Part shown: one piece after another, positions 10,276 to 19,405 of the stretch
How the letters are laid out: each line of letters begins with the position of its first letter
How positions within the stretch are numbered: the stretch's first letter is position 1
Source: Bacillota bacterium
GTDB taxonomy: Bacteria > Bacillota > SHA-98 > Ch115
Reading direction: 5' to 3'
Assembly (NCBI GenBank): GCA_012842565.1
Contig: DUSO01000037.1
Coordinates: 1 to 44,868 of the forward strand
DNA: 44,868 nucleotides
Program-made: the position numbers and the translations under genes
Notes under the pieces: model-generated
Databases searched by the model: none
The model's input: only the letters and a program-made list of their open reading frames with translations
Told to the model about the DNA's origin: nothing

Positions 10276-11067
10276 ATGCCACTTGATGACATCGTCATTT
10301 CGGAGGCCATAATCAGGAGGTACTTGGATGACCTTATCTCCTATCTCAAGTCCGTTGTCGCGATCGTGGGGGCCGGGCCGTCCGGGCTTACCGCAGCGTA
10401 CTACCTGGCCAGGTCGGGGCTCAAGACGGTGATTTTTGAGCGCCGGCTCTCGATAGGCGGCGGCATGTGGGGCGGGGGAATGATGTTCAACCATATAGTT
10501 GTGCAGGAAGAGGCCAGGGAAATCCTAGATGAATTTGGAATCAACTACAAACCGTTCCAACCCTGTTATTATACCGCAGACTCCATTGAAGCTGTAACCA
10601 CGCTGGGCTCCAGGGCAGTCAAGGCCGGAGCCAAGATCTTCAACCTCCTGACGGCGGAGGACGTCATGCTCCGCGACGACCGTGTAACCGGTCTCGTCCT
10701 CAACTGGAGCGCCGTAGATATGGCTAAACTACACATAGACCCTCTCACCATCGAGAGCTCGTTCACCGTAGACGCTACAGGTCACGACTGCCAGGTCGTG
10801 CGTATCCTTCAAGACAAGCTCAGGCTGAAACTCGCTACGCCCAGCGGAGGGATCGAAGGGGAAAAGGCAATGTGGGCTGAACGGGGCGAGGGCGCTATCC
10901 TTGCCAATACCAGGGAGGTTTACCCCGGCCTTTTCGTAGCAGGTATGGCGGCAAACGCGGTCTTCGGCTCTCACAGGATGGGCCCGATTTTTGGCGGAAT
11001 GCTCCTCTCAGGCAGGAGGGTTGCTGAGATAATCCGCGAACAACGTGAAAGGGAGAGCCGGATTTGA
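10276..11067 (+). CDS. thi4: Sulfide-dependent (non-Cys) adenosine diphosphate thiazole synthase Thi4
   Basis: [23 protein letters not shown] (His at the yeast Cys205 position), [19 protein letters not shown]. Confidence 0.93.
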   Translation: MPLDDIVISEAIIRRYLDDLISYLKSVVAIVGAGPSGLTAAYYLARSGLKTVIFERRLSIGGGMWGGGMMFNHIVVQEEAREILDEFGINYKPFQPCYYTADSIEAVTTLGSRAVKAGAKIFNLLTAEDVMLRDDRVTGLVLNWSAVDMAKLHIDPLTIESSFTVDATGHDCQVVRILQDKLRLKLATPSGGIEGEKAMWAERGEGAILANTREVYPGLFVAGMAANAVFGSHRMGPIFGGMLLSGRRVAEIIREQRERESRI

Positions 11068-11149
11068 TAAGAGCTATCTCAGAGAGCCTCGACACAGGGT
11101 ACTTCTTTCGGGATGATCCTCTATTTTCGATGGGAAAAGTGGATTTGAG

Positions 11150-12670
11150 TTAGCCCGGCGCCGGGCTGGGGCCTGGTCCTGTCCTCTCCAACAACGCCAC
11201 AGACTCCACGTGCGAAGTCTGCGGGAACATGTCTACAGGCTGGATCACTCTCACCCGGTAGCCGGACAAAGTGAGCCGTTCGAGGTCGCGGGCGAGGCTC
11301 GCGGGATTGCATGATACATAGATAATGCGGGGAATCCCGGCTCTCGAAGACGCCTCGACCACAGCCCTGTCACACCCCGACTTGGGGGGGTCAAGCACCA
11401 GGACGTCGACCTTTACCCCCTGTTCGAGGAGTTGCCCCAGCGCCGCGGCGGCATCCCCCTGGAGGAATTCCACGTTATCTATGTGGTTCAAACCCGCGTT
11501 GACGCGCGCATCCTCTATGGCTGAAGCCACGGCCTCCACGCCATAAGCCTTTTTGACCCTTTGGGCGAGAAAAAGCGTTATGGTGCCGACGCCGCAATAG
11601 AGGTCAAGGGCGACCTCATTGCCAGATAAACCTGCGAACTCAACGACTTTGCGATAGAGTACCTCCGCCTGTGCTGGATTGACCTGGTAAAAGGACCCGG
11701 CTGATATCCTGAAACGGAGCCCTCCCAAGACGTCTTCGATGTGATCCTTCCCCCAGAGCACCCTGAAACGGTCGCCGAGGATGACGTTTGTACGCCGGGT
11801 GTTGATATTCTGGACGACAGAGCACACGGCAGGAATAGCATCGTGAAGGGATTTGCCCAAGGCCTCGCCATGAGGGAACCCCTCCCCGTTGGTGACAAGG
11901 ACCACCATGGCCTCGCCGGTAAAAAAGCCTATCTTGATTATGACGTGCCGGAGGAAGCCCTCTCCCGTCTTCTCATCGTAAGCCTCGAGCCCTGCCTGTC
12001 CGGCCAGGGCCAGCGTCTCCCGCAGGATCATGCCTGAAAGCGGGTGCTGTATCCGGCAATCCTCACAGGGCACGATTACATGGGTCCCCCTGGCATAAAA
12101 GCCGCCTACGAGGCCCTTTCTTTCTCCTGTGAGGCCCTTCCCCTTTTGTGCGGTCCTTTCCCTCTCAATACGGCCTCCGAGCACCCTACCGGGCCCCGCT
12201 CCAGCCACTGCTACGGACTTCACAGGGTACTGCGCCTTGTTGCGATAGCGCCACGGCTCCTCCATCCCCATCGTGGGCTCGACCCTGATCCCCTTGAGAT
12301 GTCCGATGCGCTCCAAGGCATCGGTCACCAGGCGCCGCTTGAGCTCCAACTGTTCACTGTAGTCCAGGTGCTGCAGCTGGCATCCCCCGCACTCGCCAAA
12401 CACCTGGCATACCGGGGATGTCCTGGCGGGCGAGGGAATCATGATCTCTAATACCTGACCACGCCCATAATTCTTCTTTACCGTCGTTATCCTGGCGCGT
12501 ACCCTCTCGCCAGCCAGCGCCCCGGGGAGAAAAAGGGCGAAGCCGTCTATGCGGGCAACGCCCTCACCCTCGTGGTTTAACCCGGTCACACTGACCTCTA
12601 TAGTCTCACCATGTCTTACCGGAGGTACAAGCCTAGATGACCGATTCAAGCTCGTAGAATTCGAGTCCAT
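11150..12670 (-). CDS. rlmD: 23S rRNA m5U1939 methyltransferase (TRAM domain and 4Fe-4S cluster)
   Basis: TRAM domain, [49 protein letters not shown]. True start may be TTG 12649. Confidence 0.92.
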   Translation of the reverse strand: MDSNSTSLNRSSRLVPPVRHGETIEVSVTGLNHEGEGVARIDGFALFLPGALAGERVRARITTVKKNYGRGQVLEIMIPSPARTSPVCQVFGECGGCQLQHLDYSEQLELKRRLVTDALERIGHLKGIRVEPTMGMEEPWRYRNKAQYPVKSVAVAGAGPGRVLGGRIERERTAQKGKGLTGERKGLVGGFYARGTHVIVPCEDCRIQHPLSGMILRETLALAGQAGLEAYDEKTGEGFLRHVIIKIGFFTGEAMVVLVTNGEGFPHGEALGKSLHDAIPAVCSVVQNINTRRTNVILGDRFRVLWGKDHIEDVLGGLRFRISAGSFYQVNPAQAEVLYRKVVEFAGLSGNEVALDLYCGVGTITLFLAQRVKKAYGVEAVASAIEDARVNAGLNHIDNVEFLQGDAAAALGQLLEQGVKVDVLVLDPPKSGCDRAVVEASSRAGIPRIIYVSCNPASLARDLERLTLSGYRVRVIQPVDMFPQTSHVESVALLERTGPGPSPAPG

Positions 12671-13748
12671 GTGCTTCCGCGACGCCCCTGTGGACTATCT
12701 TGCCGCCCACAACATTTACCCCGCGGGCAAGCGCCTTATTCTCTTTGATAGCCCTGATATATCCCTTATTTGCGATCTCCAACGCATAGGGTATCGTTAC
12801 ATTGGTCAGCGCATACGTAGATGTCCGGGCTACAGCTCCCGGCATGTTCGCGACCGAGTAGTGGATTACTCCGTATTTCACATAGATCGGGTCGCTGTGA
12901 GTGGTAGGGTGGTCGGCAGTCTCGACACATCCTCCCTGGTCAACAGCGACATCTACGATTACAGAGCCCGGCTTCATCTGCTTTACCATGGACTCTCTGA
13001 CGAGCTTCGGGGCTCTTGCCCCGGGAATCAGCACGGCCCCGATCAGTAGGTCTGCGTATCTAACTGCCCTCTCGATATTGTAGCTATTGGACATTACAGT
13101 TATAACATTCCCGTGGAGTATCTCATCGAGATACCGGAGGCGGTCCGCGTTCTTCTCGATTATGGTCACATGAGCACCCATTCCTATTGCGATCTTGGCG
13201 GCGTTGGTGCCGACGGTACCCCCGCCGATTATGACTACCTCGGCCGGGGGCACGCCGGGAACGCCACTCAGGAGGATGCCCCTGCCTCCGTGGATATTCT
13301 CGAGGTATTGAGCCCCGAGCTGCACGGCCATGCGACCTGCTATTTCGCTCATGGGCGTGAGGAGCGGGAGCGCCCCGCTATCCAGCTGGACGGTTTCATA
13401 GGCAATGGCGACTGTCCTGGATTTCATCAGTGCCCTGGTGAGTTCTTCGCTGGCAGCCAGATGAAGGTAGGTAAAGAGCACCTGTCCCTCGTGTAAGAGG
13501 CTATATTCCTGCGGCAAAGGCTCCTTGACCTTGAGGATCATCTCCGCGGCCTCATACACGGCCCGGGCATCCTTTACCAGGTTCGCGCCTGCCTCTGCAA
13601 ATGCCGTGTCGGGAATGCCACTTCCCTCACCTGCCCCGGACTCAATTATGACTGAATGGCCCGCTCTTCGAAACTCTTCGACTCCTGCCGGAGTGATGGC
13701 TACCCGGTTTTCATTGTCTTTTAGCTCCTTCGGGACCCCAACGATCAT
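12633..13748 (-). CDS. ald: Alanine dehydrogenase
   Basis: [55 protein letters not shown]; GGAGG RBS before ATG 13748. Confidence 0.96.
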   Translation of the reverse strand: MIVGVPKELKDNENRVAITPAGVEEFRRAGHSVIIESGAGEGSGIPDTAFAEAGANLVKDARAVYEAAEMILKVKEPLPQEYSLLHEGQVLFTYLHLAASEELTRALMKSRTVAIAYETVQLDSGALPLLTPMSEIAGRMAVQLGAQYLENIHGGRGILLSGVPGVPPAEVVIIGGGTVGTNAAKIAIGMGAHVTIIEKNADRLRYLDEILHGNVITVMSNSYNIERAVRYADLLIGAVLIPGARAPKLVRESMVKQMKPGSVIVDVAVDQGGCVETADHPTTHSDPIYVKYGVIHYSVANMPGAVARTSTYALTNVTIPYALEIANKGYIRAIKENKALARGVNVVGGKIVHRGVAEAHGLEFYELESVI

Positions 13749-13826
13749 CCTGACCTTCCTCCCATGAGCCATGATACCCGCCGTATAAGGCAAGTGATGC
13801 TGCCATGAGACGACACCCATACTAAC

Positions 13827-13853
13827 GTTCGACGGTATCTCTCATGTTCCTCC
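13827..13853 (-). promoter_or_regulatory. Sigma-H-like promoter of ald-rlmD
   Basis: GGAGGAAC-N12-GTCGAAC on the minus strand. Confidence 0.5.
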
Positions 13854-13947
13854 TTGTCACCGGGCGAGCCATCCGGGCCAGGCACGAGGGTCAATATGGC
13901 AAGTCAAATCCCGGCGGTTGCTCTCTGAAGGAGGGACCCTCTAAACC

Positions 13948-15060
13948 CTAAACCCGCTTCCCTGCCAGCCGGGCTACTTGAGACAGATCCTGAATCAATT
14001 CCTTGAGCGCCAGCTCCACCAATTCAGGATCGGGGTTCGGGCATTCCGCTTTGCCTTCGTGTATTCTCATTACGAGCCCGTCAGCCCCGGCAATGATAGC
14101 TGCCTTTGCAATAGCGGGAGCAATGTTGGCTGGACGCCCCGTGCCCGGGGCTCCCGCTCCGGACCAGGCGCATGACCCACCTTCCGCAAGCCGGGCGTAG
14201 GGTAATCCAACTATAAGCGGGAGGGAGCAGAGACTCTTGGCTGTCGCGACAGCCACCAGGTCAGGTGCCCCGGCCGGGTCCCGGAGACCCACAAAAGCAG
14301 TATCTTCATATAAGACTACGTTGCAATTGCCTCCCGACACAATACAATCAGCAGCTTCCAGCCATTCCTCTATCCCATGGGTGCCCCCGCGGGCGAGCAA
14401 CACCGGTTTCCCTGCCCCTATGACTGCATGAGTCATATCCTGGCTTGCCAGGTCGTGCGCGCTGACCTCCAGGACATCCGCATAGTCTTCGACCGCTGCA
14501 ATATCCCCGGGGCTTTGGACTCCTACTACCACTGCAAGCCCCGTCGCCCGAGAGACCTCCGCCAGCACCTTCATCCCGCCCAGGGAGACCCCCACAGCTC
14601 CGGGCCCTGCGGCACCACCGGCGCCCTTAACTGCCGCAGCTGCCCCATCTTCGGGCCCCACATGATTACCGGCATAGGGCCCGCAGTATATCCCGGTGCA
14701 GCCGGCCCCCAGGAGAGCCTCCGAGATTGCCACAAGGAAGGACCTATTCTCGTATTCTGCGGCTGGCAGCGGCCCTGCCATATAGACCAACTCGTTCCCG
14801 CCTATCGAGACATCCAGGAGCGCTTCCCGGATAATCTGCCGGGCGGCCCCTATCATACTCTCTGCACCGAGGAGCGATTCGAGACTTGTGCCTATATACT
14901 CCGAGTCCTGCGGCTTCGACTGCCTTAACCTGACTGCACATCTCCTACGGGCCATATCACCCCTCCCTCTACCAGGCCTTGCTATGGCCTCATCACCATT
15001 AGCCCCCAAGTCGTGGCATTTCATATCATAGTAATCCTTAAAAGATAGGCATCCTTGCAC
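13948..15060 (-). CDS. Class I-beta DAHP synthase-like protein with degenerate active site (probable pseudoenzyme)
   Basis: Scaffold motifs retained (VSIGG..LVYMAGP, GKPVLL.RG, IEEWLEAA, GN.NVVL, LPLIV, AAIIAGADGL), but catalytic and metal-binding motifs are replaced. Candidate starts GTG 15060 and ATG 14955 both have GGAGG. Confidence 0.8.
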   Translation of the reverse strand: MQGCLSFKDYYDMKCHDLGANGDEAIARPGRGRGDMARRRCAVRLRQSKPQDSEYIGTSLESLLGAESMIGAARQIIREALLDVSIGGNELVYMAGPLPAAEYENRSFLVAISEALLGAGCTGIYCGPYAGNHVGPEDGAAAAVKGAGGAAGPGAVGVSLGGMKVLAEVSRATGLAVVVGVQSPGDIAAVEDYADVLEVSAHDLASQDMTHAVIGAGKPVLLARGGTHGIEEWLEAADCIVSGGNCNVVLYEDTAFVGLRDPAGAPDLVAVATAKSLCSLPLIVGLPYARLAEGGSCAWSGAGAPGTGRPANIAPAIAKAAIIAGADGLVMRIHEGKAECPNPDPELVELALKELIQDLSQVARLAGKRV

Positions 15061-15196
15061 GGACACTCCCTCCCAATATGGACAAAATCCAAATATACAA
15101 ACAAAACCCAAACCCGGTTCACCGGTCGAGCATAGGCCCTCCTCAGCCCGGGACCCCATCCCGGCCCAGGGCGTTCTCGGGGGATTACGCCCTGGT

Positions 15197-15232
15197 ACAA
15201 ACCAAGCTCCCGCCCCGGAAGGGACGGGAGCT
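15197..15232 (-). terminator. T-box intrinsic terminator
   Basis: AGCTCCCGTCCC-TTCC-GGGGCGGGAGCT followed by TGGTTTGT. Confidence 0.8.
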
Positions 15233-15613
15233 ACTTGCTCTCGTGGTACCACCCTACTTGACCTGTGCTAAGTGCCGGCCCGGCGCCTGCCGTCCCCGGG
15301 ATCTGTCCGGGAAACCCCACACCGGTCCCGCTGTAATCGCCGCTCGCAACACAGGTCCGCTCATGCCAGGTACGGGGCGCGCGAGCCACCCGATACCCGC
15401 TTTCATATAACGGTGAAAGTGCCGGCCCAGCCTACTTGCCCCGCACCGGTCACACCATTCAACCAGCCTTCTGGTCAAGGGTTGAACCAGCCATTCGAGG
15501 TTTCAGCCGGCGGCTCCCGGGAGAACTTCGCCCGACCCGCCCGTACCGCACTTGCACCTGACCGCGGCTCTCTATACGTTAGACTCGGGCTACTTTTCCC
15601 GTTCAAAGCCTTT
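15197..15613 (-). ncRNA. T-box riboswitch, probable Phe (UUC) specifier
   Basis: Stem I (GGCTTTGAACGGGAAAAGTAG...AGAGAG...GGTGCAA...GAAGTTCTCCCGGGAGCC), Stem II with GAAA/AGTA, IIA/B CCGTTA, Stem III GACCTGTG/CACAGGTC, T-box AAGTAGGGTGGTACCACG with CGTCCC antiterminator partner. Specifier at 15523-15525. Confidence 0.9.
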
Positions 15614-15655
15614 CTCTCGACTCCGCTTGTTGGGATGCCAGTATTGATTTATTTA

Positions 15656-15685
15656 ACCTTACCACGATGGCGGGCCGGTATTCAA
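15656..15685 (-). promoter_or_regulatory. Putative sigma-A promoter of the T-box leader
   Basis: TTGAAT-N18-TAAGGT with an extended TG, about 40 nt upstream of Stem I. Confidence 0.45.
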
Positions 15686-15814
15686 ACGCCCAAAGCGGGC
15701 TGGCAGAGGGGCCAGAGGCCATTTCTTGACGGCACAGGGAAATCTCTTGCAGGATCTTACCCTGGATCATCAGGGCTAGCTCCTATGCGCTGACAATATT
15801 TTATCATGGCATAT

Positions 15815-15841
15815 GAAGGAGTTGGGCAATGCGTGTAGAAG
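15815..15841 (+). promoter_or_regulatory. Sigma-H-like promoter upstream of the LacI-iol operon
   Basis: GAAGGAGT-N12-GTAGAAG. Confidence 0.4.
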
Positions 15842-15901
15842 AATTTATTTGTAGTCTACTGTCCCTGGCTATTTGTTGTGTAATTATGTATTGCGTCGTT
15901 T

Positions 15902-15915
15902 TGCAACCGGTTACA
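15902..15915. promoter_or_regulatory. LacI-family operator (cre-like palindrome)
   Basis: TGCAACCGGTTACA, a near-perfect palindrome with central CG, about 55 nt upstream of the LacI gene. Confidence 0.7.
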
Positions 15916-15969
15916 GCAAGCTATCGCGATCCCTCTACCTTCTAACCCAGGCTAGGAGGACACTTTCCG

Positions 15970-17007
15970 ATGCCGGTTACGATCAAAGATGTGGCCAGGC
16001 GTTCCGGCGTTTCAAAGGCCACTGTATCACGGGTACTCAACAATATCCCGGTCGTGAGGGAAGATACGCGCCGTGCAGTGCTGGAGGCTACAAGGGCTCT
16101 GGGGTATACCCCCGATGCCCTTGCACGCGGTCTCACGACAAAGAAGACCAGGACCGTAGCACTCGTGGTCTCTGATATCCGAAACCCCTTCTTCCCCGAG
16201 GTGGCGCGCGGGGTCGAGGACCTTTTGAACAACTATAATTACAATGTCATGCTGTGCAACACCGACGGGCGCCCAGAGAAGGAGGAGGCCTACATCAGGC
16301 TCCTCCTGGAAAAGCGCGTGGATGGCATAATCTTCGCCTCGGTCAAGATGGGAGCAAGCGACCTGTCCCGGCTTCAAAAGAGAGGGCTCCCGTTTGTCCT
16401 TGCCGGCCGTACCCTCCCCGGCGCTGATGCCGATGTGGTGGTGGTCGATAGCGTGCTCGGGGGTTACCAGGCAACCATGCACCTCCTGCAGCTTGGCCAC
16501 ACGCGCATAGGTTATGTAAGTGGCCCGGCTGGTGTCTCTGCCTCGGTTGACCGCCACAGGGGGTACGAACAGGCGTTAAGGCATAATGGCCTGGACCCTT
16601 CGCCGGAACTTGTCGCAGTGGGGGACTTTACACAGGAGGGTGGATATGCCGGCGCAAGTCGCCTTCTCTCCCTTGAGAAGCCCCCAACTGCAATCTTCTG
16701 TGCAAATGACATAATGGCCATCGGGGCCCTCGAGGCCATCTACGAGAGAGGCCTCAAGGTGCCCGAAGACGTGGCTATTGTAGGTTTTGACGATATACCC
16801 TTCGCCAGGCTCAGGAATATCCAGCTCACGACTGTTATGTATCCCAAATATGATCTCGGAGCGATCGCGGCCCGGATGCTCATCGAGAGGATCGAAAACC
16901 CGGCTCCTGATAGGCTGGCGAAGCAGGTCATCCTGCCACCCAGGCTCATCATACGGCGTACTTGCGGCTTCCACCTGGGCAGGAGTACGCCTGGGGCGAC
17001 TACATAA
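15970..17007 (+). CDS. LacI-family transcriptional regulator of the inositol cluster
   Basis: TIKDVARRSGVSKATVSRVLN HTH, YTPDALARGL hinge, periplasmic-binding-type domain with VPEDVAIVGFDD. Confidence 0.95.
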   Translation: MPVTIKDVARRSGVSKATVSRVLNNIPVVREDTRRAVLEATRALGYTPDALARGLTTKKTRTVALVVSDIRNPFFPEVARGVEDLLNNYNYNVMLCNTDGRPEKEEAYIRLLLEKRVDGIIFASVKMGASDLSRLQKRGLPFVLAGRTLPGADADVVVVDSVLGGYQATMHLLQLGHTRIGYVSGPAGVSASVDRHRGYEQALRHNGLDPSPELVAVGDFTQEGGYAGASRLLSLEKPPTAIFCANDIMAIGALEAIYERGLKVPEDVAIVGFDDIPFARLRNIQLTTVMYPKYDLGAIAARMLIERIENPAPDRLAKQVILPPRLIIRRTCGFHLGRSTPGATT

Positions 17008-17107
17008 CCAGCGGCCGTATAAACCGGCGCGGGTGTGCCCAGGCCCGTTATGCATGCCCGTGCCGGTTGGATATAAATGCCGTGCAGGCATACGAGGAGG
17101 GTACCGG

Positions 17108-18289
17108 ATGAAAACAGTTACATTATTTGCGAAGTGGGATCCCAAACCGGAATTCAAGTTGGGATCCAAGGACATCGAGGGCAAACTTACCTACCTCGGC
17201 AGCAAAGTATGGCGCTACCCGGAGCTTAAGATCGTAGAAAAGGACATCCCCAAGATAGGCGCGGAAGAGGTGCTGATCGAAGTCAAGGCGTGCGGTATCT
17301 GCGGTAGCGACGTCCACATGGCACAAGCAGACGATGACGGGTATATCCTCTACCCGGGGCTTACGGCCTTCCCGGTCACACTCGGACACGAGTTTTCGGG
17401 TGTCGTTGTAGAAGCGGGAGAAGGCGCTATCAACAAGAGAACCGGTAAACGGTATGAAGTGGGTGAGCCGGTATGTGCCGAGGAGATGTTCTGGTGTGGT
17501 TCGTGCCGCCCCTGCGCAGACGGGTTCCCCAACCAGTGCGAGAGGCTCCAGGAGATAGGATTTAGCGTGGACGGCGCATTCGCCAAGTATGTCAAGGTCC
17601 ATTCCCGCTACCTGTGGAGCCTCGATGAACTGAGGGACAGGTACTCCGGCGACGATATCTTTCTCGCAGGTAGCCTCGTCGAACCCACGTCAGTGGCATA
17701 TAACGCCGTCATTGAATGCGGGGGGGGAATAAGGCCGGGCGACAACGTGGTGATCTGCGGCGGTGGCCCCATCGGCCTTGCAGCTGTGGCAATACTAAAG
17801 CGAGCGGGAGCTGCAAGGGTGATCCTGTCCGAGCCATCCGACAGCCGGGCAGAGCTGGGCAAGAAAATGGGTGCTGACTATGTGATCAACCCCATAAAAG
17901 ACAACTTCACCGAGGCGGTCCTCGAGCTCACCAGGGGTCTCGGAGCCAAGCTCTATCTCGAAGCCAGCGGCCTGCCCCACAAGGTGTTCCCGGACATCGA
18001 GAGGACTATCTGGGAGGGCAAGTTCATCGGCTCTACAGTCGTCATTGTAGCCAGGGCAGATGCCAAGATGCCTGTAACAGGCGAGGTATTCCAGGTAAAG
18101 AAGGCCACGATCGCCGGCGCGCAGGGACATTCCGGCTATGGGACATTCCCCAGGGTTATAAGCTCAATGGCAACCGGGATGAATATGATTCCCCTCATTA
18201 CCAAGAAGATCACCCTGGATGAGCTCCCCGAGAACATCATCAGGCTCCAGACAGACAGGTCGGAGTGCAAGATCACGGCACTTATGTAG
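17108..18289 (+). CDS. iolM: scyllo-Inosose 3-dehydrogenase (Thermotoga IolM type, Zn-dependent)
   Basis: Distinctive N-terminus AKWDPKPEFKLGSKDIEGKLTYLGSKVWRYPE, CGICGSD.H, GHE, structural Zn CxxCxxC-x7-C; ATG 17108 after AGGAGG. Confidence 0.88.
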   Translation: MKTVTLFAKWDPKPEFKLGSKDIEGKLTYLGSKVWRYPELKIVEKDIPKIGAEEVLIEVKACGICGSDVHMAQADDDGYILYPGLTAFPVTLGHEFSGVVVEAGEGAINKRTGKRYEVGEPVCAEEMFWCGSCRPCADGFPNQCERLQEIGFSVDGAFAKYVKVHSRYLWSLDELRDRYSGDDIFLAGSLVEPTSVAYNAVIECGGGIRPGDNVVICGGGPIGLAAVAILKRAGAARVILSEPSDSRAELGKKMGADYVINPIKDNFTEAVLELTRGLGAKLYLEASGLPHKVFPDIERTIWEGKFIGSTVVIVARADAKMPVTGEVFQVKKATIAGAQGHSGYGTFPRVISSMATGMNMIPLITKKITLDELPENIIRLQTDRSECKITALM

Positions 18290-18318
18290 ACCGCGGCGCT
18301 TACAAGGGGGGAGGAAGC

Positions 18319-19350
18319 GTGTCTTTTCCTGAAAAAAAGATGCTCGGAGCCATTTTTGAAGGGGAGGGGAAGCTCACCCTAAAAGAAGTCGATGTCCCCC
18401 GGGTAAGGAACGAGGACGATGTGCTGCTAGAGGTGGAAATGGCCAGCATCTGCGGCACAGACGTCCACATCCTGGCCACCCCGCCCGGCCATCCGGCGAC
18501 GCCAGGCTCGATCCTTGGGCATGAATACGTGGGGAGAGTGATTGAGATTGGCAAGGGGGTCACTTCCCTCTTGCCAGGGGACCGGGTGGTAGTCGACCCT
18601 AACCTCACCTGTGGCCTGTGCAGGTACTGCCAGATGGGGCTACGCAACATGTGCGAAAACATGACCACGCTCGGCATCTTCATCGATGGCGGTTTCGCCA
18701 GGTACAACGTCGCCCCTGTAAAGGCCCTATACAAGATCTCGCCGAATCTACCCAGGGACCTCGCAGTATTTGCGGAGCCGCTATCATGCGTTATCAACGG
18801 AACGCGCAAAGTGGCACTCCATCCCGGTGAATCGGTGGTGGTCCTGGGGGCGGGGCCGATCGGTCTCCTCTACACCCAGATGTTCAAGGCAGCCGGCGCA
18901 GGAAAGATCATCGTATCGGAGGTAAGCCCCTTGCGTGCTGACCGGGCGAGGGCTTCGGGCGCGCACCTCGTAGTAAACCCAAGGGAGCAAGACCTCGCGG
19001 ACGTGGTAAAACATGAGACCGGCATAGGAGCAGACCTCGTTGTAGACGCAGTCGGGGCGCTCTTTGGAGAGGCATTAAGACTCGTCCGCCGCGGAGGCAA
19101 GGTCCTTCTCTTTGGGATGAACCAGCAAGCCAAGAGCGAAATAAGGCAGTATGATATCACCCGCTATGAAGTGGATGTGATGAGCGCCTATATATCCAAG
19201 AATACCTTCCCGCCCGCCATCAAGGTGCTCGAAAGCGGCGTGATAGATCCGAGGGTACTTATCACTCATAGAATCAGCCTCGAAGATATTTCATCCGGGA
19301 TTGAGGCCATGAGGAATGGCGAGGCGATCAAGGTCGTGATCACTCCGTAG
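18319..19350 (+). CDS. Zn-dependent MDR dehydrogenase (polyol/sugar-acid dehydrogenase-like), substrate unknown
   Basis: SICGTD.H, GHE, CGLCRYC-x7-C, EPLSC, GAGPIG; GTG start after GGAGG. Confidence 0.88.
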   Translation: MSFPEKKMLGAIFEGEGKLTLKEVDVPRVRNEDDVLLEVEMASICGTDVHILATPPGHPATPGSILGHEYVGRVIEIGKGVTSLLPGDRVVVDPNLTCGLCRYCQMGLRNMCENMTTLGIFIDGGFARYNVAPVKALYKISPNLPRDLAVFAEPLSCVINGTRKVALHPGESVVVLGAGPIGLLYTQMFKAAGAGKIIVSEVSPLRADRARASGAHLVVNPREQDLADVVKHETGIGADLVVDAVGALFGEALRLVRRGGKVLLFGMNQQAKSEIRQYDITRYEVDVMSAYISKNTFPPAIKVLESGVIDPRVLITHRISLEDISSGIEAMRNGEAIKVVITP

Positions 19351-19405
19351 GCGAAGCCCGGGCGAGGCGGGTGGTCAGAATAGATGGAGAAAGGAAGAGG
19401 AGAGA

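Noticed and set aside
11377-11394. RlmD DPPK instead of DPPR
   Set aside because: A conservative change with catalytic Cys, Gln and Glu motifs intact; no grounds to call it inactive.
15061-15793. ORFs 15078..15410, 15254..15478, 15272..15793 and the 5' extension of the DAHPS-like ORF
   Set aside because: They overlie the GC-rich T-box leader, are Pro/Arg/Gly-rich and have no recognisable motifs.
16787-17107. 107-aa N-terminal extension of IolM
   Set aside because: It overlaps the LacI gene and the intergenic hairpin; a strong RBS precedes ATG 17108.
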